A stretch of 64,000 bases of DNA from Pseudomonadales bacterium (lineage in GTDB: Bacteria > Pseudomonadota > Gammaproteobacteria > Pseudomonadales > Azotimanducaceae), in NCBI GenBank assembly GCA_049454295.1, contig JBMTYG010000001.1, positions 17,454 through 81,453 of the forward strand, in the 5' to 3' direction. Below, piece by piece: positions 29,447 to 39,560 of this stretch. Position 1 is the first letter of the stretch. Each line of letters begins with the position of its first letter. The translations under genes and the position numbers were made by a program. The notes under the pieces were generated by a model that did not search any database, was not told the DNA's origin, and saw nothing but the letters and a program-made list of their open reading frames with translations.

Positions 29447-30835
29447 TCAGCTGCCGCGGGTTAACCAATCGAGCGTCTCGTCGAGCGCACGGGTTAATTT
29501 GGTGAACAGCTCGTCGACCTGCGCGTCCGAGATGATGAGCGGAGGGCATAGCGCGAGGGTATCGCCGAGCGCGCGAACAATGAGCCCATTCGCCTCACAC
29601 CGCGTGGCGCAATAGGCGCCCACCCCGCGTGCGGCTGGAAAGGACTGCCGGGTCTCCCGATCCGCAACGAGCTCGACCGCACCAATGAGTCCAACACCGC
29701 GCGCTTCACCCACCAGCGGATGCGCCCCGAGCGCTGCCAAACGCGCCTGAAATGGCACCCCTATGCTCGCCGCGTGGCCAAACAGGTCTCGCTCCTCCAT
29801 GAGCTCGAGCGTGCGCAGCGCGACGGCGGCGCAAACTGGATGCCCCGAATAGGTAAAGCCGTGACCGAATGTCCCGACCACGCCACTCTGCTCGGCGACC
29901 GCCGCATACAGTCGCTCGGGCACCATCACCGCGCTGAGCGGAAGGTACGCAGAAGAGATCGCCTTGGCGAGGGTCATGGTATCCGGGACGATCCCCAGGG
30001 TTTCTGCGCCGAACGGTCGCCCAGTACGTCCGAAACCACAAATGACCTCATCATCAATGAACAGTATGTCGTGTTGCGCGAGCACCGCCTGCACCCGGGG
30101 GTAATAACCGGCGGGCGGCACGATGACACCGCCCGCACCGAGCACAGGCTCGGCAATGAACGCCGCAATGGTGTCGCCACCCTCACGGGCAATCAGCGCT
30201 TCGAGGTTCGCGACCAGTCGGTCAAGAAACGCCGCTTCCGATTCCCCGGGCAGCGCCCCGCGGTAGTAGTGCGGGCAATCCGTGTGCAGGATGCCGGCAA
30301 TGGGCAGATCGAAATGGGCGTGGAACGCAGGCAGACCAGTGAGAGAGCCGGAGGCGACGGTGACACCGTGATAGCCCCGGTGGCGGCTGATGATTTTCTT
30401 TTTCTCAGGCTTCCCAATCGCGTTGTGGTAGTACCACATGAGCTTGATCTGCGTGTCGTTGGCATCACTGCCGGACAGACCGAAGAACACTCGGGGCAGA
30501 TCGAATGGCACGAGCCCCGCGAGCCGCTCGGCCAGGCGAATACTCGGCTCGTTGCTGCGGCCGGCAAACAGCTGTGAGTAGGACAGCTTGCGCATCTGCT
30601 CAGCCGCCACCCGAACCAGCTCCTCTTCGCCATAGCCAAGCGCGGTGCACCAAAGCCCCGCCATTCCCTCGAGGTACTGGCGCCCCTCACTGTCCCAAAC
30701 ATAGACACCGGCCGCGTGATCGATAATGCGCGGACCCACAGACTGATGAACCTTGAGATTGGTAGTCGGGTGCAGAACATGCCGCAGATCGAGCGCGGCC
30801 AAGGCCTGCGCCTCGTTGTGCAATGGGTTTGCCAT
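29447..30835 (-). CDS. Class-III PLP-dependent (omega-)aminotransferase
   Basis: 462 aa. [77 protein letters not shown]. Substrate not assignable by eye. Confidence 0.8.
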   Translation of the reverse strand: MANPLHNEAQALAALDLRHVLHPTTNLKVHQSVGPRIIDHAAGVYVWDSEGRQYLEGMAGLWCTALGYGEEELVRVAAEQMRKLSYSQLFAGRSNEPSIRLAERLAGLVPFDLPRVFFGLSGSDANDTQIKLMWYYHNAIGKPEKKKIISRHRGYHGVTVASGSLTGLPAFHAHFDLPIAGILHTDCPHYYRGALPGESEAAFLDRLVANLEALIAREGGDTIAAFIAEPVLGAGGVIVPPAGYYPRVQAVLAQHDILFIDDEVICGFGRTGRPFGAETLGIVPDTMTLAKAISSAYLPLSAVMVPERLYAAVAEQSGVVGTFGHGFTYSGHPVCAAVALRTLELMEERDLFGHAASIGVPFQARLAALGAHPLVGEARGVGLIGAVELVADRETRQSFPAARGVGAYCATRCEANGLIVRALGDTLALCPPLIISDAQVDELFTKLTRALDETLDWLTRGS

Positions 30836-30919
30836 CTCCGACCTCCCGTCTCGGAACGCGCTCCGACGCTACCCGAAGGTTACCGGGCAGGCAATGCGCC
30901 GCAGCCGCCTGTCGCCGGA

Positions 30920-31981
30920 TTAGTCGCGGTAGACGCGCTCGAGCCGAGGACCGAGCCGGGTGAGGAGCTCGTAGGAAATCGTGCCCGCCTGCACGGCGAG
31001 CTCGTCGATCGAATGCTCGGCACCAAATACTTCGACCCAGTCACCGGCTGCAAGCGGATGCGCGCCCACATCCACCACGGTGAGATCCATGGAGATGCGA
31101 CCCACCATAGGCAAGCGCGCGCCGCGCCAAACGACCACCCCTCGGTTGGATAGCGATCGCAGCAATCCATCTGCATAGCCAATGCCAAGCGTCGCCAGCC
31201 GAGTGGCCGTTCCTGTCGAGTATGTGCCGCCATAGCCCACGGGACTGCCAGCCGGCACTGACCGCACCTGCAGCACCTCGGCTTCGAGCGTCACCACCGG
31301 TCGCAGCGCGCCCCCAGACGCCTCCTCGCGGGTCGAACCATAAAATGGGTTGCCGCCATACAAGCCAATGCCGGGGCGCACCAGATCGCCGACGGCATCC
31401 GGGCAGGACAACGTGCCGGCGGAGTTGCAGAGACTCACCGGAACACCCGGGAAGCGCGTTGCTACCGTTGCGAACCGTTCCAGCTGCAGTGCGGTGAAGG
31501 GATGCCCGGGTTCATCAGCCCGAGCCAGATGCGTCATCAGAAGGACCAACGCGAGGCCGCGACACTGACTCGGGTTCAGCGTCGTATCGAAGCCACGGCG
31601 CTGCATGCCCGTGTCGACGTGGACCGCTGCCGGAGCACCCGGCGCCGCGGACTGCCACAGGCCGATCTCGGTTAGGTCGTTAAGCACCGGAGCGAGCCCC
31701 GCTCCCTGCAAAACGTGGACGGTCTCCCCGTTGACCCCATCGAGCACAAAAATGCGGGCGCGCGGCAACACTGCGCGCAGGGCAACGCCCTCTCCCGCCG
31801 TGGCGACAAAGAACGTTCGACAGCCTTCGGCCCAAAGCCGCCGAGAAATCCGTTCAGCACCCAGCCCGTAGGCATCCGCCTTCACCACGGCAGCGCAGTT
31901 CGCCGCGCCCGCCGCTGCGACGAACACCGCGTAGTTCGCGGCCAGAGCATTCAGGTCGATGACAAGCCGGGCGCTCACCAA
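30920..31981 (-). CDS. alr: Alanine racemase
   Basis: 353 aa. AVVKADAYGLG (PLP Lys), MTHLARAD, GYGGTY, PMVGRISMDLTVVDV, ISYELLTRLGPR. Confidence 0.9.
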   Translation of the reverse strand: MVSARLVIDLNALAANYAVFVAAAGAANCAAVVKADAYGLGAERISRRLWAEGCRTFFVATAGEGVALRAVLPRARIFVLDGVNGETVHVLQGAGLAPVLNDLTEIGLWQSAAPGAPAAVHVDTGMQRRGFDTTLNPSQCRGLALVLLMTHLARADEPGHPFTALQLERFATVATRFPGVPVSLCNSAGTLSCPDAVGDLVRPGIGLYGGNPFYGSTREEASGGALRPVVTLEAEVLQVRSVPAGSPVGYGGTYSTGTATRLATLGIGYADGLLRSLSNRGVVVWRGARLPMVGRISMDLTVVDVGAHPLAAGDWVEVFGAEHSIDELAVQAGTISYELLTRLGPRLERVYRD

Positions 31982-32626
31982 TCAACGCAGGGAGTTGATG
32001 TATGCCACCACGTCGTTGACGGCCTGGTCCGAAGCCAACGTCGCCGCCATGGGCTTCATCTGGACACCATAGGTGTCTTTCGGATCGTATCCACGCAGCC
32101 CCTGGCGATAGTTCTTGAGCTGACGCACCAGATACCAGTCATCTTGTCCAGCCAGACGCGGACCACCGAGCGCCTCGTTGCCTTTGCCGTCAGCACCATG
32201 GCAAGCCGCGCACACGGTGTACGCGGTCTTGCCCGCAGCCACGTCGCCCGTGATGGTGGGGGCATTGGGCTTGTCTGGCAGCGTGGCAATGTACGCGATC
32301 AGATTGTCGAGCGCCGCCGGCGCGGAGACCGCTTGCGCCATCGGCCGCATCTGCGCGCCATGCACATCACCCGGGGCCGTGCCCCGCAGTCCGGCGCGAA
32401 AAGCGTCCATTTGACGTCTCACATACCAGCCTGCCTGACCCGCCAAACGCGGCGCATTCATCGCTGGATTACCCTGGCCTTCCGCGCCATGACAAGCCGC
32501 GCAAATCGCGTAGGCGGTCTTGCCCGCCGCGGGATCGGCAGCCATTCCCGGCAAGGAAATCAACAGGCCCAATGCCATCAGCCACCCGGCCGCCAGTGCA
32601 GCAAAGCGATTTCGGGGCGCACTCAT
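31982..32626 (-). CDS. Dihaem cytochrome c4
   Basis: Trimmed to ATG 32626. Signal peptide LMALGLLISLPGMAA. Two homologous halves, each with CAACHGA(E/D)G(Q/K)GN and a distal Met (GAQMRPM / GVQMKPM). Its stop codon abuts the alr start. Confidence 0.85.
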   Translation of the reverse strand: MSAPRNRFAALAAGWLMALGLLISLPGMAADPAAGKTAYAICAACHGAEGQGNPAMNAPRLAGQAGWYVRRQMDAFRAGLRGTAPGDVHGAQMRPMAQAVSAPAALDNLIAYIATLPDKPNAPTITGDVAAGKTAYTVCAACHGADGKGNEALGGPRLAGQDDWYLVRQLKNYRQGLRGYDPKDTYGVQMKPMAATLASDQAVNDVVAYINSLR

Positions 32627-32686
32627 GAAAGCTCCTCGAGGGGAATCAGGGGGCGACATGGTAGACGAGCTGGAGTGCAATCTCGA

Positions 32687-33508
32687 TCAGGGTGACGGCA
32701 CGACGCCCAAAATCCAACCTTCGAACTCAGCCACCGCGCGCTCTGTGTCGGACAGCGGTGGATGGAAGAGCCGGTCAAGTTGGTCATTGCGATCGGCCCG
32801 ACCCAGCCAGGCCGCTATGCTGTAGGCATCATGCTGGTCCTGAGTTCGATTGCCCTTGGCATAGAGCGGACTCCAGAGCGCGGGGTAGGCTTCGACAATG
32901 ACCGAGCGGCCCGGCGCAATATCCCAACCATCAAACGGCCAGAACTGCACCACGGGCCCCAACTGAAGTCGCAGGTAGCGCAGCCACGGGATACCGGCGT
33001 GGGTCGACTTGGCCACCGATCCCTGCACGTCGAAGTGGAACACGGATTTGGCGCGACGGGTTGCGACCTCAGTCAGACGGCGCCAGCGCGCGTCGCCCGA
33101 ACGCGCGGCACCAGCCCCGAGAACGCCGTCCCGCACGAAGTCGACATACACATCATCACCGTCGGTGGGCCAGTGCGCGTGGAAATCCTCGAGGAACAGC
33201 GCCCAGTCCTGGGGCACGCCGTGGGTTTCGAAATAGCGCTTGGGAAATGAGAACCCGTGGTCGATCCCTACCAGTGTAGGCAGGTCCTCAAGCAGACGAT
33301 CCTTCAACCATGCCGCAATCCCCCGGCGCGACCAATACTTGCGCCGCCCAGGCGGGGGCAACACTTCGACGGGTTCGGTTTCGCCGAACTTCCCGTCGCC
33401 AGCATGATCCCCCCCAGGTCCCATGAAGACGCGCAGCCCGCTTAAGCTCGAGGTCGGCGTCGCGGCGCCCGAATAATCGATGCCGATGATGCGGGCGAAG
33501 CGTGGCAC
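32687..33508 (-). CDS. Hypothetical protein, possibly RNase H-fold (DUF429-like)
   Basis: 273 aa, no signal peptide. ARIIGIDYSGA near the N-terminus, then VGIDHGFSFP, VIVEAYPALW, QHDAYSIAAWL, EGWILGV. The spaced acidic/His motifs resemble RNase H-like nucleases. The family assignment is a guess. Confidence 0.35.
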   Translation of the reverse strand: MPRFARIIGIDYSGAATPTSSLSGLRVFMGPGGDHAGDGKFGETEPVEVLPPPGRRKYWSRRGIAAWLKDRLLEDLPTLVGIDHGFSFPKRYFETHGVPQDWALFLEDFHAHWPTDGDDVYVDFVRDGVLGAGAARSGDARWRRLTEVATRRAKSVFHFDVQGSVAKSTHAGIPWLRYLRLQLGPVVQFWPFDGWDIAPGRSVIVEAYPALWSPLYAKGNRTQDQHDAYSIAAWLGRADRNDQLDRLFHPPLSDTERAVAEFEGWILGVVPSP

Positions 33509-33519
33509 GGCGAACGCCT

Positions 33520-34224
33520 TCAGGCTCGACGCGACACCTTGACGTCGAATGGATGGTTAAGGCGGGAGGGAGCCCAAGCAGGCGCGGCAGCAGCCTGATC
33601 TTCCGCCTGACGAGTCCGCAGCTCGGATGCCTTGAGCGCCTGACCCAGCCCCTGAATCAGCGCCTTCTGCTGCTGCAGAGCCGCTTCCAGGCGAGCGATT
33701 TTACCCGACTGGTCCGCAATCTCGCGCACCAGCGCGGCTTCACGTTCCTCCATTGCCGTCGATCGTTGACGCAGCTCTTCCACGGTTGCAGCCGCCGTCG
33801 CCGCCGCCTCCGCGAGCCGGGTCTCCACAGCACGCCGCTCCTCGCGCTCGCGCAGGGCTTCGAGCTCGGCGCGACTGCGGGCGGCGTCCGCTGTGGCGTA
33901 AGCGCCCTGCACACGACGATTCTGTTCGCGGCTTCGCTCGGCAACAGCCTCCAGCGTTTCGCACTCGGCGCGCAGGGTATCGATCTGCTGCTGCAGCCCG
34001 TCCTCGCGATCGGACCGCGCAGTATGCGCCGCGGCTAGCTCGCGTTCGCGTTCACGCACCTGAGCCAACAGACCCCACGCTTGATTACGCCAGTACACCA
34101 GCCCTTGTTCGAGCGCTGACGGCGTACGCGCACTCTCAGCAGCCCCGGGCGAGGTCTGGTTTCGGCGGGCGGGCCCTACCTGCGGGGCGTCTTTGCGAAT
34201 CCTTCCATGCGTCTTCATGACCAC
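33520..34224 (-). CDS. Hypothetical coiled-coil protein (Arg/Glu/Ala-rich)
   Basis: 234 aa. Long heptad-like stretch RERERELAAAH..LQQQIDTLRAECETLEAVAERSREQNRR..LEALREREERRAVETRLAEAA..KIARLEAALQQQKALIQGL. No recognisable catalytic motif. 11 nt upstream of the previous ORF. Confidence 0.45.
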   Translation of the reverse strand: MVMKTHGRIRKDAPQVGPARRNQTSPGAAESARTPSALEQGLVYWRNQAWGLLAQVRERERELAAAHTARSDREDGLQQQIDTLRAECETLEAVAERSREQNRRVQGAYATADAARSRAELEALREREERRAVETRLAEAAATAAATVEELRQRSTAMEEREAALVREIADQSGKIARLEAALQQQKALIQGLGQALKASELRTRQAEDQAAAAPAWAPSRLNHPFDVKVSRRA

Positions 34225-34380
34225 ACTCCTTGTGGGCGCTCACGCGATTGCGACTGACGACACACTGTAGACACAATCGCTTGCATGATCTGTCTGCGAA
34301 ACCGCGCAGAATGTTCGCCACATGTAAGAGCCGATGAACCCGAGCGCGGAACATCGGTCAAAGCCGTCTACTTGGGAGAA

Positions 34381-35274
34381 ATGACGACCATGCGCATCTT
34401 GCTGTTCCTGCTGACCAACCTCGCTATTGTCCTCGTGGCGAGCGTGACATTCCGTCTGCTGGGCTTCGAAAGCATTCTCGCCGCGAACGGGGTGGACCTC
34501 GATCTCACTGCGCTGCTTGTCTACTGCGCTCTGATCGGTTTTGGTGGCTCGTTCATCTCGCTTCTGCTGTCGAAAACGATGGCCAAGATGGGCACGCGCG
34601 CACAGGTCATCGAGCAGCCACGTAACAGCACTGAGCGTTGGCTGGTTGACACGGTAGCCCGCCAGGCCCAAGCAGCCGGTATCGGCATGCCCGAGGTCGC
34701 GATCTTCCCTGCCGCAGAGCCGAACGCGTTCGCCACGGGCGCGAGTCGCAACAAGGCGCTGGTCGCCGTGAGCACCGGGCTGCTCGAAAACATGACCCCG
34801 GACGAAGTCGAAGCCGTGTTGGGCCACGAGATTGGCCACGTCGCGAATGGCGACATGATCACGCTGACCCTGATCCAGGGTGTCGTGAACACCTTCGTGA
34901 TGTTCTTCGCCCGGATCATCGGCTGGTTTGTCGACCGGGTACTGCTCAAAAACGACCGCGGGCTCGGGATTGGCTACATGATCTCCACGATCGTGGCTGA
35001 GCTGGTGCTTGGCATCCTCGCGAGCGCCATCGTGATGTGGTTCTCGCGCCGACGTGAGTTCCGGGCTGACGCCGCAGGCGCTGAGCTTGCCGGACGGCAG
35101 AAGATGATCGCCGCCCTTGAGCGCCTCAAGCGCGCCCAGGAACTGCCGAGCACGCTGCCAACCACCATGACTGCCTTCGGCATCTCGAGCGGCGCCGTGA
35201 GCGGGCTGCGGGCGCTATTCCGCTCCCATCCCACGCTCGACGATCGCATCGCGGCGCTCCGCCAATCCGCGTGA
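34381..35274 (+). CDS. htpX: Zinc metalloprotease HtpX
   Basis: [19 protein letters not shown] (as in E. coli [14 protein letters not shown]), [11 protein letters not shown] (HExxH), [22 protein letters not shown]. Trimmed from track start 34285. Confidence 0.93.
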   Translation: MTTMRILLFLLTNLAIVLVASVTFRLLGFESILAANGVDLDLTALLVYCALIGFGGSFISLLLSKTMAKMGTRAQVIEQPRNSTERWLVDTVARQAQAAGIGMPEVAIFPAAEPNAFATGASRNKALVAVSTGLLENMTPDEVEAVLGHEIGHVANGDMITLTLIQGVVNTFVMFFARIIGWFVDRVLLKNDRGLGIGYMISTIVAELVLGILASAIVMWFSRRREFRADAAGAELAGRQKMIAALERLKRAQELPSTLPTTMTAFGISSGAVSGLRALFRSHPTLDDRIAALRQSA

Positions 35275-35279
35275 CCCGC

Positions 35280-36707
35280 TCAGTGCGCGCGGTAAACCCA
35301 GTCGAGGAACGCATTCTGTAACTCCTCTCCCGGTCCGAGGTGCGCCTGCTCCGCGTTCACCAGCAGCACGACGAGCAGGCGCTGACCGGATGCCGCATCG
35401 ACGTAGCCGGCAACCGCCGAAACCCCGTTGAGCCGCCCGGTTTTGACATGCAGGCGGCCCGCCGCGGGCGACCCGCGCAGGCGATTGCGCATCGTGCCAT
35501 CGAGCCCCGCGAGCGACAGCGACGACACGTACTCTGACATCCACGGGCTGGACCAGGCGGCCTCGAGCACCGCCGCAAGCTGTCGTGCCGTGATTCTCGT
35601 CTCGCGGGAAAGCCCGGCGCTGTTGCCGATGACAAGCCCGCGGGTATCCAGGCCCTTTGCACTGAGCGTCGCCACCAGCGCGCGGGTACCTTTGTCTGGC
35701 GTCGCAGGCGCACCAAACTGCTTGATCGCGAGCGCGTACTCGAGATGGCGCGTCATCACGTTGTTGCTGAATTTGTTGACCAGGCGAATCACGTCGGCGA
35801 GAGGGGGTGAGCGATGTACATACACCGGCACGCTGCCCGGTGGCACGGCGCCCAACCGCCAGCCACCTGCGAGTTCGCCGCCGAGCTGCCGCCAGTACAA
35901 GTCAAACAGACCGAACGCATAGGTCTCCGGGGTCAGCACAGAGCGCGCGAGCTCATGCTCGCCGCAGGCCGCGGGAAAACGGCCATCCAGCGCGGCGAGA
36001 TTGCGTTCGGCCGGGTCACGGATCGATATACCGACGCCAAGCTGATAGCCGCCGCACGCGCCCGCAACCGACCGCAACCGGTTTTGCACTTTGAGATTTG
36101 GCAGAGGCGGCTCTGCCACGACACGGGTGAGACCTTGAGGTAAGGCCTCTACCCGAAACACGACGGTGTTGAAATTCACCAGCAACGCATGAGGCAGGAC
36201 GTTGTAAACGCGATCGGGCTGACCGTCGAACGCACCGCGATCCTCGAACGGCAGATCGAACCGGGAGAGATCGAATACCAGATCACCTTCAATGCGTCGA
36301 ATCCCGCGCTGTCTGAGCGCCGTCAGGATCTTCCAGAACTCTTCCTGCACGAGGTAAGGATCCCCGCCACCGCGGATGAAAAGATCACCGACGGTATCTT
36401 CGGTACCCGGCATTCGCGCCGCATAGACTTCCGTCGTCCAGACATGGTTCGGGCCCAGACCTTCGAGCGCGGCGAAGGTGGTGACCAGCTTGAGCGCCGA
36501 TGCCGGGTTGCGCGGCACCTCCGCCTGATAGGCGACACGCGGGGCAGGATCACCAATGCCTTGCACAAACACGCTCACACCGGTAGCCGGCATCCCGAGC
36601 TGACGCACGATCCGCGCAAGAGGATCAGGCAGCGTTTCGGTCGCCACAGCGAACCCCGTCATCGCGAGAGCGGCGAGAGCCATGCACCAACAGAGCAGCC
36701 GTCTCAT
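35280..36707 (-). CDS. dacB: D-alanyl-D-alanine carboxypeptidase/endopeptidase (PBP4 family)
   Basis: 475 aa. Signal peptide MRRLLCWCMALAALAMTGFAVA. NPASALKLVTTFAAL (SxxK), FSNNVM (SxN), HVKTGRLNG (KTG). Confidence 0.88.
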   Translation of the reverse strand: MRRLLCWCMALAALAMTGFAVATETLPDPLARIVRQLGMPATGVSVFVQGIGDPAPRVAYQAEVPRNPASALKLVTTFAALEGLGPNHVWTTEVYAARMPGTEDTVGDLFIRGGGDPYLVQEEFWKILTALRQRGIRRIEGDLVFDLSRFDLPFEDRGAFDGQPDRVYNVLPHALLVNFNTVVFRVEALPQGLTRVVAEPPLPNLKVQNRLRSVAGACGGYQLGVGISIRDPAERNLAALDGRFPAACGEHELARSVLTPETYAFGLFDLYWRQLGGELAGGWRLGAVPPGSVPVYVHRSPPLADVIRLVNKFSNNVMTRHLEYALAIKQFGAPATPDKGTRALVATLSAKGLDTRGLVIGNSAGLSRETRITARQLAAVLEAAWSSPWMSEYVSSLSLAGLDGTMRNRLRGSPAAGRLHVKTGRLNGVSAVAGYVDAASGQRLLVVLLVNAEQAHLGPGEELQNAFLDWVYRAH

Positions 36708-37624
36708 GGAAGCGACAGCACTCGACGCAGCGTGACATCGAGCGGTGTCAACGCGATGCCAAGGCGCTGCGCCGTCGGCGCCGAATCGATGCAGTCATCG
36801 TGATCCAGCACGCCGAGCATGGCGCGCGTGAGCGCCGGTGCTCGCTGCGTTCGTTCCAGCAGCAACGCAAGGCCGTAGCCAACCGTCACTGGCAGCGACA
36901 TCAGGCGGGTCTGCCGACCGAGCAACCGAGCGGCCCGATCGACCAGCGCCCGACGACTCAGCGACTCGGGGCCGGCAAGATCGAGCGCAGCGCCCGCGAA
37001 AGGCGCGAGGTCCGCCATCGGCATGCGCAGCAGAGCCAGCAGTGCGTTGACCACGTCATCCGCATCGATGGGCTGCTCCAGGCTCGCTGCGCGGAAGGTC
37101 AGCGACCAGGGTCGCCGCGCCCGCCCCGCGAGCGCGCGGGACGCGAGGTCATCGCCGCCAAGGACCATGGGAACCCGAAGCACTGTCGCCGGCATCGGCG
37201 CAGCGAGCAGTCGATCATCCGCGCGACCCCGCGAGCTCAGACACGCGTTGAGACTGCGGGCATTGGCACCCAGGATGCTGAGGCCGACAAGTGAATGAAC
37301 CCCGGCAGCCTGCGCGGCAGCAACCAATGCGACAACGGCAGCCTCATGGGCGTCTGCGTAACGGTTTCCCGGGCTCTCGCGAAGAATGCCAACGAGGTGT
37401 ACCAGCCGCGTTACCCCAGCGAGTGCGGTTCCCATCGAGACCGGATCGCTGAAATCCACCGTGCGGATCTCCAGGCACGGAAGCCCGACGCGTAAGTTGG
37501 ACAACACCGCCGCAGCGCTCGCCGAGCGCACGAGCGCTCGAACCGGAAGCTCGGGCATTGCGTCAGCGAGAGCACACAGGAGCCTGCGCCCCAAGTGACC
37601 ATTGGCACCGGTGATTGCAAACAT
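36704..37624 (-). CDS. NAD(P)-binding NmrA/atypical-SDR family protein
   Basis: Trimmed to ATG 37624. MFAITGANGHLGRRLL (Rossmann GxxGxxG). 4-nt overlap with the dacB start. Confidence 0.65.
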   Translation of the reverse strand: MFAITGANGHLGRRLLCALADAMPELPVRALVRSASAAAVLSNLRVGLPCLEIRTVDFSDPVSMGTALAGVTRLVHLVGILRESPGNRYADAHEAAVVALVAAAQAAGVHSLVGLSILGANARSLNACLSSRGRADDRLLAAPMPATVLRVPMVLGGDDLASRALAGRARRPWSLTFRAASLEQPIDADDVVNALLALLRMPMADLAPFAGAALDLAGPESLSRRALVDRAARLLGRQTRLMSLPVTVGYGLALLLERTQRAPALTRAMLGVLDHDDCIDSAPTAQRLGIALTPLDVTLRRVLSLP

Positions 37625-37749
37625 GCTACGCGGCGCGACCTGTGTGGGAAACCGCCGCCGCTGCGAAGTTGCGATAAGCTCTCTCAACCATCTGCACAGT
37701 TCAAATTGGTCGCAAGTTGGGGCGCACGGAGTATCTGCGTAGGGTCGGC

Positions 37750-38313
37750 ATGGAACAAGCATCGCATCCTGGCGCCGTCTGGCGCACCTGGGCCAACGGC
37801 CTCACGCTGCTGCGTGCCCTGCTCGCATTACCCACCGCATTCTGGATCCTGCACGGCGACCTGCTGCCCGCCGCGATCTGCTTTGCGACCGCGGTGATAA
37901 CGGACGCGCTGGATGGCCCTCTGGCGCGACGGCTGGGGCAGGCCTCTCCCGTCGGCGGACTGTTCGACCACGCGACCGACGCGCTGTTCGTCACTGCGGT
38001 GCTCACCGCAGCTGCGATCGACGGCCGCGTGGTCTGGGTCCTGCCCGTTATCGTCCCGCTCGCGTTTCTACAGTACGTTCTCGATTCATTCGCATTGCAG
38101 GGTCGCCCACTCCGCGCAAACCGGCTGGGTCGGCTTAACGGGATCGCCTACTTCCTACTGGCGGGGGCTGCCGTCCTGCTGCCGCTCGCAGCTCAAGACT
38201 CACCTGCTTTCGACACAGCGGCGACAGCCATTCTTCACTGGGCAAGTATCGTGCTGGTAGCAACCAGCGTCTGCTCGATGATCGACCGTGCGCGCTGGCG
38301 TCAGACCGGCTGA
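37750..38313 (+). CDS. CDP-alcohol phosphatidyltransferase family protein
   Basis: DALDGPLARRLGQASPVGGLFDHATDALF matches D-G-x2-A-R-x8-G-x3-D-x3-D. Multiple TM helices. Start set to ATG 37750 (the track start 37717 is TTG). Confidence 0.8.
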   Translation: MEQASHPGAVWRTWANGLTLLRALLALPTAFWILHGDLLPAAICFATAVITDALDGPLARRLGQASPVGGLFDHATDALFVTAVLTAAAIDGRVVWVLPVIVPLAFLQYVLDSFALQGRPLRANRLGRLNGIAYFLLAGAAVLLPLAAQDSPAFDTAATAILHWASIVLVATSVCSMIDRARWRQTG

Positions 38314-39509
38314 CCCAGAGCCCCGTAGAGCATGCGCTTGAAATCGTGGCTGAACGGGTGCCAGAAACCCGGCATGCGTTGGGTCATACACACCCCCGTT
38401 AGACCCGCCCGGGGCGCCATCCAGGTATGCGTGCCAGCCATGCCGCCCCAGTGGTACTCGCCCTGCGCCGTCGCGGGCTCGTCGGGTCCCGCCGCTTCTT
38501 TGATGGCGAACCCTAGCCCGAACACAGTGCTCGACATCTCCCACATGGGGAAGCGAACGCCAATGCCCGGGGCCAGCTGGTTCGCGCGCATGAGCACGAG
38601 GGTTTCCTCGCGCAACAACCGGACCCCATTCCAGGTACCCCCATTGACGATGGCCTTCAGAAAAGTCAGATAGTCACTGACCGTAGACACCAGCCCACCA
38701 CCTCCCGACAGGAACGACTTCGGCTGGCTGTAGCTGCCGGTACGTGGGTCATCCGCTTTCACGAGACCACCCTTCATCGGCGTGAACAGGTCGACGGGCG
38801 CATACATCGTGACGAACCGGTCCTGCTTCCCTACCGGCACATGAAAATCCGTGTCGACCATGCCGAGCGGACCGAAAATACGCGTCTTCAGGAACTCATC
38901 GAACCGCTGACCGGACAGCACTTCCACCACTCGTGCCACCACGTCGGTCGCGAGGCTATAGCGCCACTGGGTGCCGGGCTGATAGGCAAGCGGCAGCGCC
39001 GCGAGTCCGTCACAGAGGGATTCGAGTGTCATGCCGTTCGCGGTCATGGGGTTCAGCCCCGCAGACAGGTAGGCCTGATCGACGACCGACTGCGGCTCAA
39101 TGAACCCGTAGGAAAACCCCGCGCTGTGGGACAGGATCTGACGCAGCGTGATGGGCGACCGAGCGGGCTCCACGTCGCTTGCAGAGCGGGCATCAGATCG
39201 CAGCACAAACATGTCACCAAACGCCGGCAAAACAGTGGCCAGAGGATCGTCCAGCCCGAAGCGACCCTCTTCATACAGCATCATGAGCGCGACGCTCGTG
39301 ACGATCTTGGTGTTGGAGTACATGCGAAAGATCGCGTCGCTCTGCAACGGTCGACGGGTCTCGAGATCCATGTAGCCAAAGGTACGGTAATCCACCACCT
39401 CCGTACCGCGCATCGCAAGCGCTACGCAGCAGGAAAGGATTTCCTGATCCACGTACCACTGCATGCGCTCATGGAGTGCCCCCAGATCCGGATGGGTGAT
39501 CTCGTTCAT
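38301..39509 (-). CDS. Serine hydrolase, beta-lactamase/esterase (class C-like) family
   Basis: FRMYSNTKIVTSVALMML (S-x-x-K), YSLATDV, HWGGMAGT. Start at ATG 39509, which has GGAG upstream. The 3' end overlaps the previous gene by 13 nt (convergent). Confidence 0.75.
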   Translation of the reverse strand: MNEITHPDLGALHERMQWYVDQEILSCCVALAMRGTEVVDYRTFGYMDLETRRPLQSDAIFRMYSNTKIVTSVALMMLYEEGRFGLDDPLATVLPAFGDMFVLRSDARSASDVEPARSPITLRQILSHSAGFSYGFIEPQSVVDQAYLSAGLNPMTANGMTLESLCDGLAALPLAYQPGTQWRYSLATDVVARVVEVLSGQRFDEFLKTRIFGPLGMVDTDFHVPVGKQDRFVTMYAPVDLFTPMKGGLVKADDPRTGSYSQPKSFLSGGGGLVSTVSDYLTFLKAIVNGGTWNGVRLLREETLVLMRANQLAPGIGVRFPMWEMSSTVFGLGFAIKEAAGPDEPATAQGEYHWGGMAGTHTWMAPRAGLTGVCMTQRMPGFWHPFSHDFKRMLYGALGQPV

Positions 39510-39560
39510 CCTTTCTGCTCCCACAAGCGGTTCGTTCCGCGGCCGCGCCGCGAGACAATG

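Noticed and set aside
31715-32695. 326-aa + ORF spanning alr and cytochrome c4
   Set aside because: It crosses a gene boundary on the opposite strand and is Arg/His-rich. Both minus-strand genes have diagnostic motifs.
34225-34380. Heat-shock (sigma32) promoter upstream of htpX
   Set aside because: cttgcat..ccgcgcagaat gives only a partial match to CTTGAAA-N13-15-CCCCATNT, and the spacing for a sigma70 reading is too long. Not supportable by eye.
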